Assembly: GCA_009886115.1 (NCBI GenBank)
Contig: VFJJ01000115.1
Location: 1-38,136 of the forward strand
DNA length: 38,136 nt
DNA from: Actinomycetota bacterium
GTDB taxonomy: Bacteria > Actinomycetota > Acidimicrobiia > IMCC26256 > VFJJ01
Direction: 5' to 3'
Shown in pieces: positions 34,901 through 38,136 of this stretch. The notes beneath the pieces are model-generated. The model did no database searches, was not told the DNA's origin, and was given only the letters and a program-made list of their open reading frames with translations. Every line of letters starts with the position of its first letter. Positions within the stretch are counted from its first letter, which is position 1. The translations under genes were made by a program, and so were the position numbers.

Positions 34901-35580
34901 TCGACTTCCCTGTGCCGTCGTACGTGTACGGCGACCACAGCTACACCACGATCGGGATCATCTCGAACGGCTACGCCGTGGTCGGAGGCGCCAACGGGGT
35001 GGCCGACATCGCGTTCGAGCCTCAGATGCTTCCCGACGCCGCCCGACCCAACAACGTCCTGGCGCCGTTCTGGACCGACTTGGAAGGCCACGACGGCAAG
35101 GACCTCTGGGCCGCCACGCTCACCGACGCCAGTGGTCGCGACTACGTCGTGTTCCAGTGGAACGTGCATCTCTACGGTGACAGAGCGCAGACCCGGGTGT
35201 TCCAGCTCTGGATCGGCCTCAACGGGGTCGAAGAGATCGCCTTCGCCTACGACCCGGTTCGGCTCCCGGCCCCCCCGGCCGTCGGCACGGTGACCGTGGG
35301 CGCCGAGAACTCCTTCGGCAACCGTGGAGCGGTGCTCGACCCCGCGGGAAGGGCGGGCCCGACGGCCGACCTGGCCGTCGTCAGCACGTTGGGCTCGGCC
35401 GGTGGCCGCCTCTCGTACACCGTCACGCTGACCGCGGTCCGCAAGGGCGTGGCCGAGCTCGTGACCCTGCTGAACACGCCTGTGGTGCGCGGCGTCACCG
35501 TCGACGTCGTGAAGCTGAGCGTCACCGGATCGGTCGGTTGGAGATCGACCATGACGTCGCGCCCCACCCGGGAGCGGTGA
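31996..35580 (+). CDS. Secreted S8 subtilase (inhibitor I9 propeptide, PA domain, Fn3-like and C-terminal beta domains)
   Basis: Catalytic GVLDSGVWPEHPSF, DGHGTHTATTAAG, GTSMS; CNAKLVGAR, SAGNGGP, KPDLTAPGV; GGGGGAGG SD. Confidence 0.92.
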   Translation: MGRTPSQGTRTRRSRSWSARAALSGRLVVQRRRRLVRVTAALAGVVVIVPLLPADALGPVTVGEYRIENLAPVREVVGHKSESSRLAQTDPSLVGIASPALVDVLVKLDYDAAAVYEGGVAGLEATSPEITGRPLTLDDPALLAFDEFAAGVEERFENDLGVVAPGADVIATISIVYGGVAASVPGDQIDDILAIDGVVAVQRNELQHVLTETPTNPESNGGDDDGTDPGPLPDSGGGSPTRPVDPRTDLIGSSTVIDWIGGPVLAGRGVTVGVLDSGVWPEHPSFVASPLLAGFERPDVPCQLGDNPLTAEADPFACNAKLVGARASTTFYDAAAAQGLVPPDRYPGSARDGDGHGTHTATTAAGARVEQAPVLGLDRGPVQGVAPGAQLVVYKVCGPAGCYASDTMAAVEQAILDGVDVINYSISGGKDPFNDPTELAFLDAYAAGIFVSASAGNGGPTAASVQHLAPWVTSVAVSTLARGFTTTVHVESAGEATIDLTGASIHPTGLPVATPIVRAPGDGSCRTPLPPETFHGEIVICLRDPLGSSAVVGRVRKGINVKMGGAGAMVLVNPDPGVTVSDSHVLPTVHLDQATGAQLLAFLLELPASTASFAAGSATSAVGDQIAEFSSRGPGGPFLKPDLTAPGVEVLAGHSPTPAEGSGGPSGEYFQSLSGTSMSASVVAGAAALIRAKHRDWTPGQIQSALATTATSTVALDGTASSPFDQGSGRVDLPRAAHPGLTISATHADFLALGSNPLTQVDLNLASIHATVMPGSISTTRTAVNVSGRTLSYSVETATSDPGVAVSVSPSSFTVEPGASVTLAVTVEAPGVAPGRYFGEIRITEQWNGAPALHLPVAFDRTQGGVSLATTCRPVALRLRDTARCTVTAQNQTFGPADVKILTTADRRLRVHGAEGAERIGTASVGVVGTLPGVVASAPSLVSAGPSRFVDLATIPGLVPLALGDESAIDFPVPSYVYGDHSYTTIGIISNGYAVVGGANGVADIAFEPQMLPDAARPNNVLAPFWTDLEGHDGKDLWAATLTDASGRDYVVFQWNVHLYGDRAQTRVFQLWIGLNGVEEIAFAYDPVRLPAPPAVGTVTVGAENSFGNRGAVLDPAGRAGPTADLAVVSTLGSAGGRLSYTVTLTAVRKGVAELVTLLNTPVVRGVTVDVVKLSVTGSVGWRSTMTSRPTRER

Positions 35581-35680
35581 GCGCTGCTGCGACCGGGTCC
35601 GGGTCCGGGTCCCGGAAGCGGGTCGGGGACGTGCGATAGCGTCCGGTCGCTGAGACGTCACGGGTGAAAGGGCCGAAGCG

Positions 35681-36598
35681 ATGCGTTTCCACCAGGCGGT
35701 GGCGTTTCTGGAGACCGACCAGCTCCTCGAGCTGTGTCCGGTCGTCGACGAGACGGGCTACGCCGGCATCTACGTCTCCGACCACATCTTCTACCCGCAG
35801 GAGCTGCGGTCGCGGTACACGTACTCGCCCTACGAGGACGGCTCACCGATCTGGTCGCCCGACGCCGACTGGCCCGATCCGTGGTGCCTCGTCTCGGCGA
35901 TGGCCGCCGTCACCACGAACCTCACCTTCACGACCGGCGTCTACATCGCCCCCGCACGCGACCTCTACACCGTGGCCAAGCTCGTCGGCACGGCGGCGGT
36001 CATCAGCCGGAACCGCGTGCGCCTGGGCGTTGGAGTCGGGTGGTGCAAGGAGGAGTTCGTCGCCACCGGACAGGAGTTCCACAACCGGGGCCGCCGGCTC
36101 GACGACATGATCCCTGCCTTGCGCGCCATGTGGAAGCGGTCACCCGAGACGGGCGGCTGGGTCGAGTACCACGGTTCTCACTACGACGTTCCGCCGATGC
36201 GGATGAACCCTGTGCCCACGGCGCCGGTCCCGATCTACGGCGGCGGGCACAGCGAACCGGCGTTGTCCCGTGCCGCCCGGCTGTGCGACGGCTGGCTCGC
36301 CGGCAGCGCGTACACCGTCGACGAGGCGCGGCATTACCTGGCGCGCCTGCGCGAGCACCTGGTGCGGAATGGCCGCGAGAGCGAGATCGGCAACGGATTC
36401 GAGATCTACCTGGCCCTGGGAATCCCGCCCGATATCGACGTGTACCGGAGCTTCGAGGACGCCGGCGTCACCGACATGATTTGTGCCCCATGGATGGTCG
36501 CCGAGGTCTCCGACAGCCGCGACTACCGGTCGGCGCTCGACGCCAAGGTGGCGGCCACCGAGGCGTTCGCCACGGACGTCATCGCCAAGATGGGCTGA
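35681..36598 (+). CDS. LLM-class F420-dependent oxidoreductase
   Basis: VSDH, WPDPW...SAMAAVT, VAK.V.TA..S..RV.LGVGVGW..EEF, P.P..PVPIYGGG.S..A..RAA...DGW. Confidence 0.88.
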   Translation: MRFHQAVAFLETDQLLELCPVVDETGYAGIYVSDHIFYPQELRSRYTYSPYEDGSPIWSPDADWPDPWCLVSAMAAVTTNLTFTTGVYIAPARDLYTVAKLVGTAAVISRNRVRLGVGVGWCKEEFVATGQEFHNRGRRLDDMIPALRAMWKRSPETGGWVEYHGSHYDVPPMRMNPVPTAPVPIYGGGHSEPALSRAARLCDGWLAGSAYTVDEARHYLARLREHLVRNGRESEIGNGFEIYLALGIPPDIDVYRSFEDAGVTDMICAPWMVAEVSDSRDYRSALDAKVAATEAFATDVIAKMG

Positions 36599-36621
36599 GC
36601 GCCGACGTGGCCGACCTCCGC

Positions 36622-38058
36622 GTGAACCGAAGCCGGGTGCCCGGGGTGCACGGCGTGCGTGCGACCGTGTTCACCGTGGTGCTCGCGCTCATGGCTGCCT
36701 CGTGTGGCGGCGGTGACGGTGAAGGCGGCCGGCCCGAGGGCGAGGTGTCCTGGCCCTTCTCCACCGGTGGTCGAGTGCTGCACGTCCCCGACGTCATCGA
36801 CGATCTCGTGCTGCTCGAGGTGCAACTCGGCAGGGGCGCCAGCGAGACCGGTGCGGTGATCGCCGTCGACCGCTCGAGCGGCGAGGAGCAGTGGCGCTAC
36901 CAGGCACCGGGCGAGGCGCGTCTGATCCGGGCCCGGTCGGGGGTCGCGCCCTTCGACGGTCCGCCGCTCGTCCTCCGCGACATGGTGATCATCGCGTCCG
37001 CTGCGCCCGACGGGGCCGGAACGCTCACGGCCCATCCGCTCGACGGCTCCGACGAGGAGTGGTCGGTGCCCACGGGCAACGGCTCGGGCCCACCGCTCGC
37101 CAGCGGCAACGACGATCGCATCGTGTTCAGGCAGAGCGCGGCCGATGCCGGGACCGACGACCGTGTCGTGGCCGTCGAGACCAAGAGCGGCAAGGAGAAG
37201 TGGGAGTCAGACGAGGCCACGGTCGGGGAGCCGGTCGTCGTCGGCGATGACGTCGTGTACGAGACCGTCGACGGTGACACCGTGATCGTCGAGGCTGGTG
37301 ACGGCGATGGGCGGTTCATCGCCCGCAAGCGGGCGTTCCGCGGCGCCGTCTCCGAGGTGTACGTGCTCCGCGATGTCGGCGGCGATCTCGTGGGCCTGTC
37401 CAGCGAGGAGCTCCAGGAGCAATGGCGGACGTCGACGCCGGCTGCCACGTGCGACGTGGGAGTGCTCGAAGCCGACGACGAGCTGATCGTGATCTCGTCG
37501 GAGTGCAGCGACGACCGGATCGCCGTCCTGGCCATCGACCCCGAACTCGGGACGGTCGAGCCGATCGTCGCGATCAGCGCTGGTCAGGTCGAGCAGGTGC
37601 TCGTCGACGAGCAGGTCATGGTCGTGACGACCTCGTCGCTCGGCGGTGGCTCCCGGGTGACGGTCGTCGACCTCGAAGAACGCGACGAGCTGTGGCGTCG
37701 CGACTCGGACCAGGTGTTCGTCAACGTGGCCCTCGACGACCGCTCGGTGTACCTGGTCGACGACGACCGGCACCTCGTCGCCCTCGACCGTGAAACCGGC
37801 GAGGAGCGGTGGTCGATCGACGAGCAGGCGCTGACGCTGGTTCCCGTGGTCGTCGACGGCGTGGTGTACGTCTCGGTCTCGACGGGCCGGGCCCCTGCTG
37901 GCGCCTCGGGCGTCGAGCCTGCGCAGCTCCGGGCGTTCGACGCCAACGACGGCGACGAGCGTTGGTCCCTCGACATCTCGGGGAGCGCCGTCATCGTCGC
38001 CGATCGAGGTCGGTTGTACGTCGCCGACGGCGAGGGCGTGGTCAGAGCCGTGACGTGA
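36622..38058 (+). CDS. PQQ-like beta-propeller repeat lipoprotein (BamB-like); start approximate
   Basis: Lipobox AASC; repeated A.D..SG.E.W motifs (AVDRSSGEEQW, AVETKSGKEKW, ALDRETGEERW, AFDANDGDERW). Confidence 0.8.
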   Translation: MNRSRVPGVHGVRATVFTVVLALMAASCGGGDGEGGRPEGEVSWPFSTGGRVLHVPDVIDDLVLLEVQLGRGASETGAVIAVDRSSGEEQWRYQAPGEARLIRARSGVAPFDGPPLVLRDMVIIASAAPDGAGTLTAHPLDGSDEEWSVPTGNGSGPPLASGNDDRIVFRQSAADAGTDDRVVAVETKSGKEKWESDEATVGEPVVVGDDVVYETVDGDTVIVEAGDGDGRFIARKRAFRGAVSEVYVLRDVGGDLVGLSSEELQEQWRTSTPAATCDVGVLEADDELIVISSECSDDRIAVLAIDPELGTVEPIVAISAGQVEQVLVDEQVMVVTTSSLGGGSRVTVVDLEERDELWRRDSDQVFVNVALDDRSVYLVDDDRHLVALDRETGEERWSIDEQALTLVPVVVDGVVYVSVSTGRAPAGASGVEPAQLRAFDANDGDERWSLDISGSAVIVADRGRLYVADGEGVVRAVT

Positions 38059-38072
38059 CGCGTCGCGTCGTC

Positions 38073-38116
38073 GCAGTGAGCAGTGAGCAGTGAGCAGTGA
38101 GCAGTGAGCAGTGAGC
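38073..38116. repeat. Heptamer tandem repeat (GCAGTGA)x6
   Basis: Six exact copies immediately downstream of the last gene. Confidence 0.9.
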
Positions 38117-38136
38117 GGCAGTGCCGGTCGGGACCG

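Noticed and set aside
35734..36606. 774-aa fusion ORF including the beta-propeller protein
   Set aside because: The 5' part is an off-frame overlap of the LLM gene; the signal peptide and lipobox begin after 36600

Overview
High-GC, gene-dense window that looks actinobacterial (Acidimicrobiia-like by inference). It shows many leaderless-type starts, F420/LLM and DinB families, and a steroid C/D-ring (HIP) catabolic cluster: fadA6, fadE30/ipdE1, ipdF, ipdC, ipdB, ipdA, two echA20 paralogs, an Rv3549c-like SDR and fadD3, interleaved with unrelated cargo. The strongest hidden signal is two genes that the ORF track splits at an in-frame TGA falling exactly on a catalytic Cys position. They are a glutaredoxin-type arsenate reductase (HNPG-U-GQSR, TGA 4904-4906) and an AhpD/CMD-family protein (C-G-F-U, TGA 8060-8062). 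Each TGA is followed by a hairpin whose G-containing loop starts after exactly 17 nt, so both are candidate selenoproteins with a shared bacterial SECIS geometry. They lie in a small redox neighbourhood with a NifU-like CxxC protein, a second CMD paralog with CxxE, and a glyoxalase. Other points are a duplicated and diverged echA20, two probable pseudo-enzymes (SDR with Y>F, ThDP-fold protein without GDG), a nucleotidyltransferase two-gene module, a lipoprotein with an apparent internal deletion, REP-like palindromes flanking fadE30, operator-like motifs and heptamer tandem repeats. All assignments are by eye from motifs and recalled family sequences; no searches were run.
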